56,673 bases of DNA from a virus (lineage: Duplodnaviria; Caudoviricetes): the IMG/VR virus record IMGVR_UViG_3300036851_000348, positions 1 to 56,673 of that record. One strand, 5' to 3'. The position numbers and the translations under genes are program-made. This document shows positions 10,161 through 17,906 of this stretch, one piece after another (within the stretch, counting starts at the first letter, position 1; each line of letters starts with the position of its first letter). Below the pieces are notes generated by a model. That model saw only the letters and a program-made list of their open reading frames with translations, did no database searches and was not told the origin of the DNA.

Positions 10161-10648
10161 TACTCCGTCCCTCCCTGTTGGCGAGCCTTGAGATCGTTTT
10201 GCCTATTCGCTTTTGCCGCGCGAGCCGATTGCCATCGATCAAGTCGCCCTTTTCGTAAAGCATCCGCTGTATTATCCGCATAGGTGCCAAGGAAAAGATG
10301 ATTGGGATTGCAGCATGGCGGGTTGTCACAACGATGACAGACCAGCAATCCATCCGGGATCGGGCCGAAAGTTAGCGCGTAGGCTACGCGGTGAGACAAT
10401 TGATATTTACGGCGCACCTGCCAGCGCCCGTAGCCAGAGGGATACCGGATTTTGGCCCACGGCCAGCACGCATCGGGGCCACCAGACTTGTCAACGAGCG
10501 GCCAAAAATATTCGCTCGGATTATCGTAATAGGCATCCCAACGATGTTTGTTCCGACATTGGCGTGAACAGAAACGCCCGCGTCCCCTTCCCTTGCTTGA
10601 GGGACGCACTTTCATCGAAGTCCCACAGATTTCGCAAGCGACGATCAT
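10160..10648 (-). CDS. HNH endonuclease with N-terminal zinc finger
   Basis: CEICG..FCSRQC, then [33 protein letters not shown]. Confidence 0.85.
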   Translation of the reverse strand: MIVACEICGTSMKVRPSSKGRGRGRFCSRQCRNKHRWDAYYDNPSEYFWPLVDKSGGPDACWPWAKIRYPSGYGRWQVRRKYQLSHRVAYALTFGPIPDGLLVCHRCDNPPCCNPNHLFLGTYADNTADALRKGRLDRWQSARAAKANRQNDLKARQQGGTE

Positions 10649-11013
10649 TGTACGGCCCTAGCACGCAGACAGGCGATCACTAGGGCGAGGGCGGGAGTTG
10701 GCGAACCGAGATTTGGCCCAGCCTCCCCGGTGACGAGCGTGCTGCGCCTTGACAATTCGGCCCACCATTCGCGGTGATGTTCGTCGCTTTCGAGCCGCAC
10801 CATCCACCCCTCCGGGACCAGCATCAGGGCGGCGTCCAAGCTTTGTGTGTACTCTGGACACATGTCCTCGATCGGAAAATATCCGATGTTCTTACGGATA
10901 TTGTCGGCGATGTGTTGCCGATACTCCGCCGCCCAGCCAACCACCTCGGCAATCGCCAGGTCCAGTTCTGACGATCCCTCCGCCGCCTTCTCCAGTCGCT
11001 TGATCAGGGTCAT
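10645..11013 (-). CDS. Phage hypothetical protein (NinX/ABA-sandwich-like)
   Basis: ELDLAIA..YT.SLDAA..LVPEGW..TPALAL..A.LRAR. Confidence 0.55.
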   Translation of the reverse strand: MTLIKRLEKAAEGSSELDLAIAEVVGWAAEYRQHIADNIRKNIGYFPIEDMCPEYTQSLDAALMLVPEGWMVRLESDEHHREWWAELSRRSTLVTGEAGPNLGSPTPALALVIACLRARAVQ

Positions 11014-11186
11014 CGTCCGTCCCGCTCCAGATGCTCCAGGGTCGCCAGCACCGCCTTCATGCGGGCGATTTCCAGATCGGCGTTGGCCTGGGTCATCTTG
11101 GTTCCGACCCAGCGCGGGTAGACGCGCTCGCGCATCGCGATCTCGCGTTTGGCGCATTTGATTTGGTCGGCGAGATCGATCTTCAT
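11010..11186 (-). CDS. Conserved phage hypothetical protein
   Basis: DQIKCAKREIAMRERVYPRWV motif; overlaps both neighbours. Confidence 0.55.
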   Translation of the reverse strand: MKIDLADQIKCAKREIAMRERVYPRWVGTKMTQANADLEIARMKAVLATLEHLERDGR

Positions 11187-12088
11187 TCCCGAAGCTCTTT
11201 CTCGATCCCCGGCCACTCGGCGTCCTGCGCCTCCTTGGCGACCAGCTCGCGGCGCTTGCCCTCGATGCGATCCTCGATCCCCTTGATGTCGGAGCCGACG
11301 ACCCCGGTCCACCACGTCGGGTGTTCGTTCCGCACCTGGCGGGACCAGGTCACCCACTCCTTTTGAGCCAAGAGCGCGCTCAGGTCGGCGACGCTCTCGC
11401 ATTCGAGGACGGCGCCGTCGAACTCCCGCCCCATCTCCTTCAGCTTGGTCAGCGTGTGCGGCCCGCCCTGGAATTCGTCCTTGGGCTTTTTCTCACCGAC
11501 GGGTAACCCGTCGCGCTCGATGATGGTCTCCCCCTCCGCCGCGTTGCCGTCGTCGTCCTCGCCTTCCGCCGCGATCCCGAGAAGCGCCATCAGGCAATAG
11601 CGTTTTGCGTAGGTCAGAGCGGACGCGTGCTCCTGCGGGCCGCCGAAGTTGTTGCCTTTCATCGGAATCGTCGAGGCGAACCACTGGCCGGACCTATGCA
11701 CCACCAAGGTCGTCACCGTCTGGCCGTCCACCGCTTGCAGAACAGCGAGGCCGTTACCCGCCATCGCCGGCCGGATCGCCTTCAGGATCGCGTCGAGCGT
11801 CGCGTAGGCGAACTCGTACTCCTGGCCGCCCTTGGTGCGGACCTTGACGACGCGGTTCTTCTGGATCGGCGGGAACGCGCCCTGCGCGATCACGAACGCC
11901 GGGACGATCTGGTCACGGGATTCGCTCCACTTGATCGCGCCGTCGGGTGCTGCGGGCGAAACCACCTTGGGCGCGTCCATCACCTCGCCTCTGACGGCGG
12001 GGACGTTCCGGGGCGGCTCCTTCAGGTCGAGCGGGGGCAAAGTTACGCCAGCACGCACGTCGAGGTCGGTCATCCCATCGTCAGGCAT
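11183..12088 (-). CDS. erf: ERF-family single-strand annealing protein
   Basis: YATLDAI..IRP...NGL ... PQEHASALTYAKRY.L..LLGI..EDDDG. Confidence 0.85.
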   Translation of the reverse strand: MPDDGMTDLDVRAGVTLPPLDLKEPPRNVPAVRGEVMDAPKVVSPAAPDGAIKWSESRDQIVPAFVIAQGAFPPIQKNRVVKVRTKGGQEYEFAYATLDAILKAIRPAMAGNGLAVLQAVDGQTVTTLVVHRSGQWFASTIPMKGNNFGGPQEHASALTYAKRYCLMALLGIAAEGEDDDGNAAEGETIIERDGLPVGEKKPKDEFQGGPHTLTKLKEMGREFDGAVLECESVADLSALLAQKEWVTWSRQVRNEHPTWWTGVVGSDIKGIEDRIEGKRRELVAKEAQDAEWPGIEKELRE

Positions 12089-12091
12089 TTC

Positions 12092-12442
12092 TCAGTCTCC
12101 CATCCGTTTGCTGATTGTCGTGTAGCGCTTCTCGAAATTCTCCTTGGCGCGGAGCTGGGCGCGCTTCTTGGCGTTCGGCCTTCGCGTCTTGGTGAGCCGC
12201 GCCAGGTTGTGCGCCGTCCAGTCGGCCGCGACCCGGGCCGCCTTGGCGCGCCACGAGGTTTCGCGCGACGTCTTCCGCTTGTGGCACCTCGGGCACAGCG
12301 GGCGGAGGTTGTCGAGGTCGTCGGACCCGCCGCGCTCCCGGGGTTTGACGTGGTCGATCTCCAGCCGGGCCGCGGCTTCGCCGCAGGCGGCGCACTGGGC
12401 GCCCCAGCGGAGAAGCACGGCGGCGCGGAGCGCGGGGTTCAC
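12092..12442 (-). CDS. HNH endonuclease
   Basis: CAACG..IDHVKPRERGGSDDLDNLRPLCPRCH. Confidence 0.85.
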   Translation of the reverse strand: MNPALRAAVLLRWGAQCAACGEAAARLEIDHVKPRERGGSDDLDNLRPLCPRCHKRKTSRETSWRAKAARVAADWTAHNLARLTKTRRPNAKKRAQLRAKENFEKRYTTISKRMGD

Positions 12443-12759
12443 AGTGTCTCGCCCGCAGCTTCGGGCGGCTTGATCCACTTCGCCACCAGCCGGATGTGTC
12501 CGGCCGCCGCTTCCTCGCGCGTCGCGTAGCGCTCGCAGTCGACCTCGCCGTCGGCGTCGAACACCATCGACTCGAACAGCAAGGGCGGCCCCTTGCCGGT
12601 GAAGTTGTGGTCGACGCCGAGGAACACCGTCGAGACGCGGAGCGGCTCGGCCTCGGTCAGCCCGACGTGGCGGTCGGCCAGGTCGAAGTAGCGCGCCCAT
12701 TCGAGGACGTCGGCGACCTTCACCGGCTTGCCGTCCTTGAGGATGTAGAAGTCGCTCAC
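12439..12759 (-). CDS. Conserved phage hypothetical protein
   Basis: VSTVFLGVDHNF..PLLFESMVF..RYAT..EA.AGH. Confidence 0.6.
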   Translation of the reverse strand: MSDFYILKDGKPVKVADVLEWARYFDLADRHVGLTEAEPLRVSTVFLGVDHNFTGKGPPLLFESMVFDADGEVDCERYATREEAAAGHIRLVAKWIKPPEAAGETL

Positions 12760-13298
12760 GGTGACTTCGGGGGCGGGCTTGGCGGCATCAGGCTCTCAAC
12801 GCACCAAGCGCGCGAAAACCTATCGTCGCTGCTCATTGAGCGCCGCACGTACGCCATCATTTTCTCCGCCACCTCTGCGCACCGCGCCGCAGTCTCGAAA
12901 TAGAGGATCGGCTCGGCCGTCATTTTGACGCCGGACAGCCAAATCAGGACGAACACCTTCGTCATGGCCCCGCCGCCCACAGAAATCCCACCACCAGCGC
13001 CAAGAATCCCGCCACCACCAGGAACGCCACCACCGGCGAGTCCCTGTCGTTCCAGCGTTCCGCCTCCAAGTGCTTGGCGAGAAGGCGCGTGCCCAGGACG
13101 TGTCGCTTGTTTCCCCCGTTCATCACCAAAGCCCCAGCCAAATGCCCCAGCCATGGATGATCCCGACCGGCGCGAAGATGGCGCCGGCGATCAGAAAGCC
13201 CCACTTGCCGAGCGTGAAGCACGTGTAGAGGTGCTGCAGCCAGCCGCCCAAGGCGACAAGGCCGAGCGCCATCGCCGACAAAATTCCGAACCCCTCCA

Positions 13299-13499
13299 TC
13301 ACGCCACCCTCCGTTTTTCCCCGCCGTCCAGCCCGCGCAACTTCCGCGCCCAGTAGCGATAGACCGAGTTCCAGTGCCCGAACCGCGGCGGGACATCGCG
13401 CCACGCCGCCCCGGTGTCGAGCTTCCACTCGATGCCGGCGAGCGTCGCGGCGAGGTCGCGGGGCGGCCGGCCGGTCGGGCGACCAACTGTGCGTCTCAT
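13299..13499 (-). CDS. Stand-alone IS5 transposase N-terminal domain (DUF4096-like)
   Basis: GRPPRD..LAGI.W.L.TG..WRDVP.RFG.W.SVYRY matches the IS5 N-terminal signature; no DDE domain follows. Confidence 0.7.
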   Translation of the reverse strand: MRRTVGRPTGRPPRDLAATLAGIEWKLDTGAAWRDVPPRFGHWNSVYRYWARKLRGLDGGEKRRVA

Positions 13500-14034
13500 G
13501 GCGCGTCACCGGCGCACTCGGGGCAGGTGTGCGCCTCACCGTCGACCTTCCAGCCGTGCTTCTTCAGCGGGCCTTCCGCCTCGATGGTGTTCGAGAACAG
13601 CGCGTCGGCCGCGATCAGAACCGAGATTTCCGACTTGTTGCACGCGTCGCACGTCACCCATACCGTCGCGTCGCTGATCGTCATCCTTCCCTCCTCTTCG
13701 CCTCGATCTCCTCCGCCATCCGCTCGCACAATTTCGCCGCGTCGTTCATGACGACCTCGGCCTTGCGCAAATCCAGAATCACGCCCTCCGAGATGTAGCC
13801 GAAGCGCCACATGTGGAAATCGGCCGAACCCTCCGGATAGGGGTTCGCCACCTCCTTCCAGTTGAGACGGCGGGCGGCCTTGCCGAGCGAGACGGACTCG
13901 CTCACTTCCGCCTCCAGTTGGTCGCCGGAAGCTTCCGGCACTTTCCCCAGATCCACGGCCACGCCACCACCAGCCCGACCGCGCCGACCACGCAGCCGAC
14001 GATCAGAAGCAGAACCAGCGGGTCGGATTTCATG

Positions 14035-14406
14035 TCAGGTCCCCATCCGTTCGACCGCGACCTTCCGCTCGTAGAGGAACGCCGCGTCCTTCAGGATCTC
14101 GACGACGTCGCTCATCGGGGCGCGGAACTCCCAGCAGATGCGCGTCAGCGGGATGTCTTGGATCACGTAGGCGTCGAACAGCGCCCCCTTGGTGTAGAGC
14201 AGCATCCCGTCGCCAAGCGTCCCCATCGCCTTGGTCTTTTCCCACTCGTGCCAGCCGACCGGCACCGGCTCGCCCGGCTCGCCCACCAGGACGCGCAGCC
14301 GCGCCTTCAGCGCCGCCGCCTCGGCGTCGAGCGCCGCAAGCGCCTTGCGCTCCGGACGGCCGAAGAACTGGCCGGTCCATGCGTCGGTCTCTTCCTGGGT
14401 TGCCAT
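14035..14406 (-). CDS. First gene of the leftward operon, hypothetical
   Basis: ORF directly downstream of the leftward promoter; no HTH or S24 motif seen. Confidence 0.55.
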   Translation of the reverse strand: MATQEETDAWTGQFFGRPERKALAALDAEAAALKARLRVLVGEPGEPVPVGWHEWEKTKAMGTLGDGMLLYTKGALFDAYVIQDIPLTRICWEFRAPMSDVVEILKDAAFLYERKVAVERMGT

Positions 14407-14434
14407 TGTCTCGCCCCATCGCCTTGGTGGGGAG

Positions 14435-14502
14435 AGAATCGGCTATCAACCCCGTGTTGTCAACAACTATCTGTTGACCGGCGACGATTTTTTTTGCACA
14501 AT
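14435..14502. promoter_or_regulatory. Divergent sigma70-type promoters sharing a palindromic operator
   Basis: Plus strand TTGACC(14474-79)-17nt-CACAAT(14497-502). Minus strand TTGACA(14463-58)-17nt-GATTCT. Palindrome GTCAACA-N6-TGTTGAC covers both -35 boxes. Confidence 0.65.
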
Positions 14503-14508
14503 CCCTCC

Positions 14509-14706
14509 ATGCGAAACAAAGCACTCCGCGAAGCAATCGAAAAGGCTGGCGGCGTCAATGCGTTAGGCCGCAAGCTTGGGATTTCGGGTCAGGCCGTCCA
14601 GAAGTGGCGGCGCGTCCCGGCCGAGCGAATCGTCGACATCGAGAGACTCACCGGCGTACCCCGCGACAAGCTGCGGCCCGACCTCTACAAGGGAATGGCG
14701 GCGTGA
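14509..14706 (+). CDS. cro: Cro/YdaS-like HTH regulator, probably leaderless
   Basis: AIEKAGG..ALGRKLGIS.QAVQKW..VPAER..IE..TGV....LRPDLY; ATG 6 nt after the -10 box. Confidence 0.85.
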   Translation: MRNKALREAIEKAGGVNALGRKLGISGQAVQKWRRVPAERIVDIERLTGVPRDKLRPDLYKGMAA

Positions 14707-15785
14707 GCGCCGTCGCGCGTTCCAAGTCGCTTGGCCTGCCGGGCACGATCTCGGCGACCGGCTACACACCGCCGGAAAACCTGCCGTTCGACGAATGGCA
14801 GCGCGTTGGTGCCGTGCTCCGCCAGATCGAGTCCGGCGTCCTGTGGTGGATCGGCGACTGGCTACGGTTCGGCGAACGCAAGTATGGCGAGCGCTACAGC
14901 CAAGCGCTCGAAACGACCGAGTACGAGTACCAGACTCTGCGCAACACGAAATGGGTCGCCGAGCGCTTTTCTGAATTGTCCCGCCGGCGGGACAATCTCA
15001 GCTTTAGCCATCACGCCGAAGTCGCTGATCTAAAACCAAAAGAGCAAGATCGCTTCCTTGGCAAGGCCGAGTCCGAGGGCTGGACGCGCAACCAGCTTCG
15101 GCAAGAACTCAAGGAGTGGAAGCGCGACCAGCGCGAGATCGAGCCCGGCGACATGCCGGACGGCGACGGCCGGTTCCGGCTCATGGTGGCCGACGTCGCC
15201 GACGTGCCGGTCGCCAACGGCGAGGTCGACTGCATCATCACTGACCCGCCCTATGGCGCCGAGCACCTCGGCTGCTACGACGCGCTCGCCGTGACAGCGC
15301 GCCGCGTTCTCAAGTCGGGCGGCTCGTGCCTCGTCATGACGGGGCAGTCCTACCTTCCCGCCGTCATCGACGCGCTGGCGCGCGAACTCACCTACCATTG
15401 GACGCTCGCCTACCTCACGCCCGGCGGCCAGGCGCCGCAGGTGTGGGACCGCAAGGTCAACGCGTTCTGGAAGCCGATCCTGTGGTTCGTCAAGGGTGCC
15501 TACGACGGCCCCTGGGTCGGCGATGTCGCCAAGAGCGACGACAACGACAAGCGGTTTCACGAGTGGGGCCAGTCGGAAAGCGGCATGGCCGACCTCGTGC
15601 GCCGCGTCACCTCGGCGGGCGAGCGTGTGTTCGACCCATTCCTCGGCGCCGGGACCACTGGCGTCGTTTCCGTCGCGCTCGGCCGCCGCTTCGTCGGCTC
15701 CGACATCGACGCCGACGCCATCGAACGCAGTACGCCGCGGCTTCGTCTCGCCGCGCGGACGGTCGCCAATGGCGCCGCCGGTTAG
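14703..15785 (+). CDS. LmbU-like domain fused to an amino-DNA methyltransferase
   Basis: N-terminal WWIGDWL.FGE..YG.RY ... LSFSHHAEVA; C-terminal ITDPPY and DPFLGAGTTG; GTG start overlaps the cro stop. Confidence 0.75.
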   Translation: MSAVARSKSLGLPGTISATGYTPPENLPFDEWQRVGAVLRQIESGVLWWIGDWLRFGERKYGERYSQALETTEYEYQTLRNTKWVAERFSELSRRRDNLSFSHHAEVADLKPKEQDRFLGKAESEGWTRNQLRQELKEWKRDQREIEPGDMPDGDGRFRLMVADVADVPVANGEVDCIITDPPYGAEHLGCYDALAVTARRVLKSGGSCLVMTGQSYLPAVIDALARELTYHWTLAYLTPGGQAPQVWDRKVNAFWKPILWFVKGAYDGPWVGDVAKSDDNDKRFHEWGQSESGMADLVRRVTSAGERVFDPFLGAGTTGVVSVALGRRFVGSDIDADAIERSTPRLRLAARTVANGAAG

Positions 15786-16278
15786 GCGCGAGCGCAGCGG
15801 CTGGCGTGATGAAGCGCTCAGCCGACGCCATCGCCTGTGGGGCTGGGACGCGCCCATGGTCGATCTCGACCTGTTCCTCGAATACGACGACGCCAAACCG
15901 GCCGGCATCATCGAGTACAAGCACGTCAACGCGCCGCCGCTCCTCGTCAACCACCCGACCATCCGGGCGATCCGCGGCCTCGCCGACGCGGCGGCCGTCC
16001 CCTTCCTCGCCGTGAGATACAGCGGCGAGCCGGATTTCGAGTGGTTCGCCTGCCTCGGCCTCAACGACAAGGCGCGCGCCGGCTTGCGCGAGCGCCGCAT
16101 CCCGGAAAAGAAGCCGATCTCCGAGGAAGCCTTTGTGACGTTCCTCTACTGGCTGCGCGGCCGGGGCATGCCGCCGGGACTCTTCATTAACGGCAAGCCC
16201 AATCCCGACGACAAGGCGCGGCCGATTTCATTGACCGAATTGAAGCGTCGCTACGACGAGGACGACGAACAATTCTGA
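15769..16278 (+). CDS. Putative PD-(D/E)xK nuclease-fold protein
   Basis: DLD..LEY....AGIIEYK acidic motif spacing; overlaps the MTase stop. Confidence 0.5.
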   Translation: MAPPVRRERSGWRDEALSRRHRLWGWDAPMVDLDLFLEYDDAKPAGIIEYKHVNAPPLLVNHPTIRAIRGLADAAAVPFLAVRYSGEPDFEWFACLGLNDKARAGLRERRIPEKKPISEEAFVTFLYWLRGRGMPPGLFINGKPNPDDKARPISLTELKRRYDEDDEQF

Positions 16279-16296
16279 AATAGGGGGCACGTCGCC

Positions 16297-16662
16297 ATGC
16301 CTACAGTTGGTCGCCCGAACCTTCGGGAGCCCGCGCCGGGAAGCATCCAGGCCTACGTCGAATCCATCGAGACGCTGGAGCGCGAGAAGCGCGAGATCGG
16401 GAAGGACGTTTCCGAGCTCTACAAATCCGCCAAGGACGCCGGCCACGACGTCTCGCTGATCCGCGAAATGCTCAAGCTCCGCAAGATCGACGCCGACGCG
16501 CTCAGGGAACGCGAAGAGAAGCGCGAGGACTACATGCGCCAGCTCGACATGTTCGCCGGGCCGGTCGAGCGGGCGGCCACCAAGTTCCGCGACACGCTCC
16601 GGCAGGACGGCGTCTCGGCGACGCTGCACGCCGCCGGCATGGAGCCGGTCAAGATCGCATAG
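16297..16662 (+). CDS. GapR/DUF2312-like nucleoid-associated protein
   Basis: I..YVE.IE.LE.EK..I..D..E.Y..AK..G.D...IR...KLRK.D...R.E.E...Y...L. Confidence 0.8.
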   Translation: MPTVGRPNLREPAPGSIQAYVESIETLEREKREIGKDVSELYKSAKDAGHDVSLIREMLKLRKIDADALREREEKREDYMRQLDMFAGPVERAATKFRDTLRQDGVSATLHAAGMEPVKIA

Positions 16663-16866
16663 GGCGCCATGAATTTCCCTCACGTGCGGCCGCTCCTAAT
16701 TGGGCTCGCGGCCAGCCCAGGAAAACTAACCGGACCTCGCACTGCCGCCGCACGGCTGCCGGGTTTTTCCGTCGTTTTCACCCGGTGGGGCTCGAAGCCG
16801 AAAGGTCCGGAAGGCCGCAACTTTTTTCTCGGGCGGGATGAACAATAAACAACTGGAGATCACAGG

Positions 16867-17436
16867 ATGGAGACGAAAAACTTTCATATCGTCGGCATTG
16901 CGCCGCTCATCATGCACAACGTGCGGCTGGCCGATCCGCTCGACGAATTCGCCAAGAAGGTCAAAAAACTTACGGCCAACCGGCGCAAGACGGAGGAAAT
17001 CCACGAGCAGATCGCGCGCGAAGAATTCGAGGGCGGGCTCTACTTCGACAAGGCACTCGGCCCCTACATTCCGGCCGACAACATCGAGCGCATGATCGTC
17101 GATGCGGCGAAGGCGTCGAAGCTCGGGGCCACCGTCAAGGAATCGATGCTGTCGGTAGGCGATCGTTTCCAGCTCGCCTACGAGGGGCCGCGAACCGTCC
17201 AAGAACTATACGACGAGAAATTTCTCTACCGGAGGGCCGTCGGGATGCGCGGCAGCAAGACCGTGCGCACGCGCCCGATGTTCCCCAACTGGGCGGTGGA
17301 GTTCACGTTGAGCTACGACCCCGAACGGCTCAACGGGGATCAGGTTCGGGACATCATTGAGTACGGCGGACGCTACAAGGGGTTGTGCGATTTTCGCCCG
17401 CGGTTCGGCCGCTTCAAGCTGAACGGGGCGAAGTGA
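16867..17436 (+). CDS. Solo RAMP/Cas7-like RRM protein; candidate effector of a repeat-RNA-guided system
   Basis: beta1 IVGIAPLIMHN, PYIPADNIERMI (compare RAMP PYIPGSSLKG), C-terminal Gly-rich loop YGGRYKGLCDFRPRFGRF; GGAG/CAGGA RBS; directly upstream of the GGY-NN array. Confidence 0.7.
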   Translation: METKNFHIVGIAPLIMHNVRLADPLDEFAKKVKKLTANRRKTEEIHEQIAREEFEGGLYFDKALGPYIPADNIERMIVDAAKASKLGATVKESMLSVGDRFQLAYEGPRTVQELYDEKFLYRRAVGMRGSKTVRTRPMFPNWAVEFTLSYDPERLNGDQVRDIIEYGGRYKGLCDFRPRFGRFKLNGAK

Positions 17437-17445
17437 GCTTTCCGA

Positions 17446-17901
17446 GGCGTGGCGGGCCCCGGCCTGGTGTGGTGTGGCATGGCGCGGCAAGGCAAGGCAG
17501 GGATTTAAGAATGTTGATTTCAACACGGCGTGGCAGGGCGCGGCCTAGCGAGGCGCGGCCGGGCATGGCGAGGCGCGGCTTGGCGAGGCGAGGCTGGGCT
17601 TGGCCGGGCAAGGCAGGGATTTAAGAATGTCGATTTTCAGCACGGCGGGCCAGGGCCCGGCTTGGTTAGGCTTGGCGCGGCGTGGCTGCGCGTGGCAGCG
17701 CGTGGTGCGGCAGGGCTCGGCGAAGGCAGGCCGAGGCGCGGCAAGGCAATGCGCGGCCCGGCCCGGCAGGCCAAGGCAGGGATTTACCAATGTCAATTTT
17801 GAACACGGCGCGGCCAGGCCTGCCTCGGCTAGGCAGGGCCGGGTGTGGCACGGCTCAGCCGGGCTCGGCGCGGCTGGGCTTGGTAGGGCAAGGCAGGGGT
17901 T
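17446..17901 (+). repeat. Array of four (GGY-NN)n pentamer tracts separated by conserved 26-27 nt hairpin linkers; candidate guide-RNA array
   Basis: Tracts 17446-17500 (11 pentamers), 17527-17616 (18), 17644-17779 (27 plus 1 nt), 17807-17896 (18). 64 of 74 pentamers start GGC/GGT. Each tract ends G(G/C)CAA-GGCAG-GG. Linkers GGATTTA..AATGT.....CAC. Confidence 0.9.
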
Positions 17902-17906
17902 GAACA

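Noticed and set aside
17446-17901. Canonical CRISPR array or simple microsatellite
   Set aside because: The would-be spacers are internally periodic and 55-136 nt long, and there are no cas1/cas2 genes. The NN positions are too diverse for slippage-generated satellite DNA.
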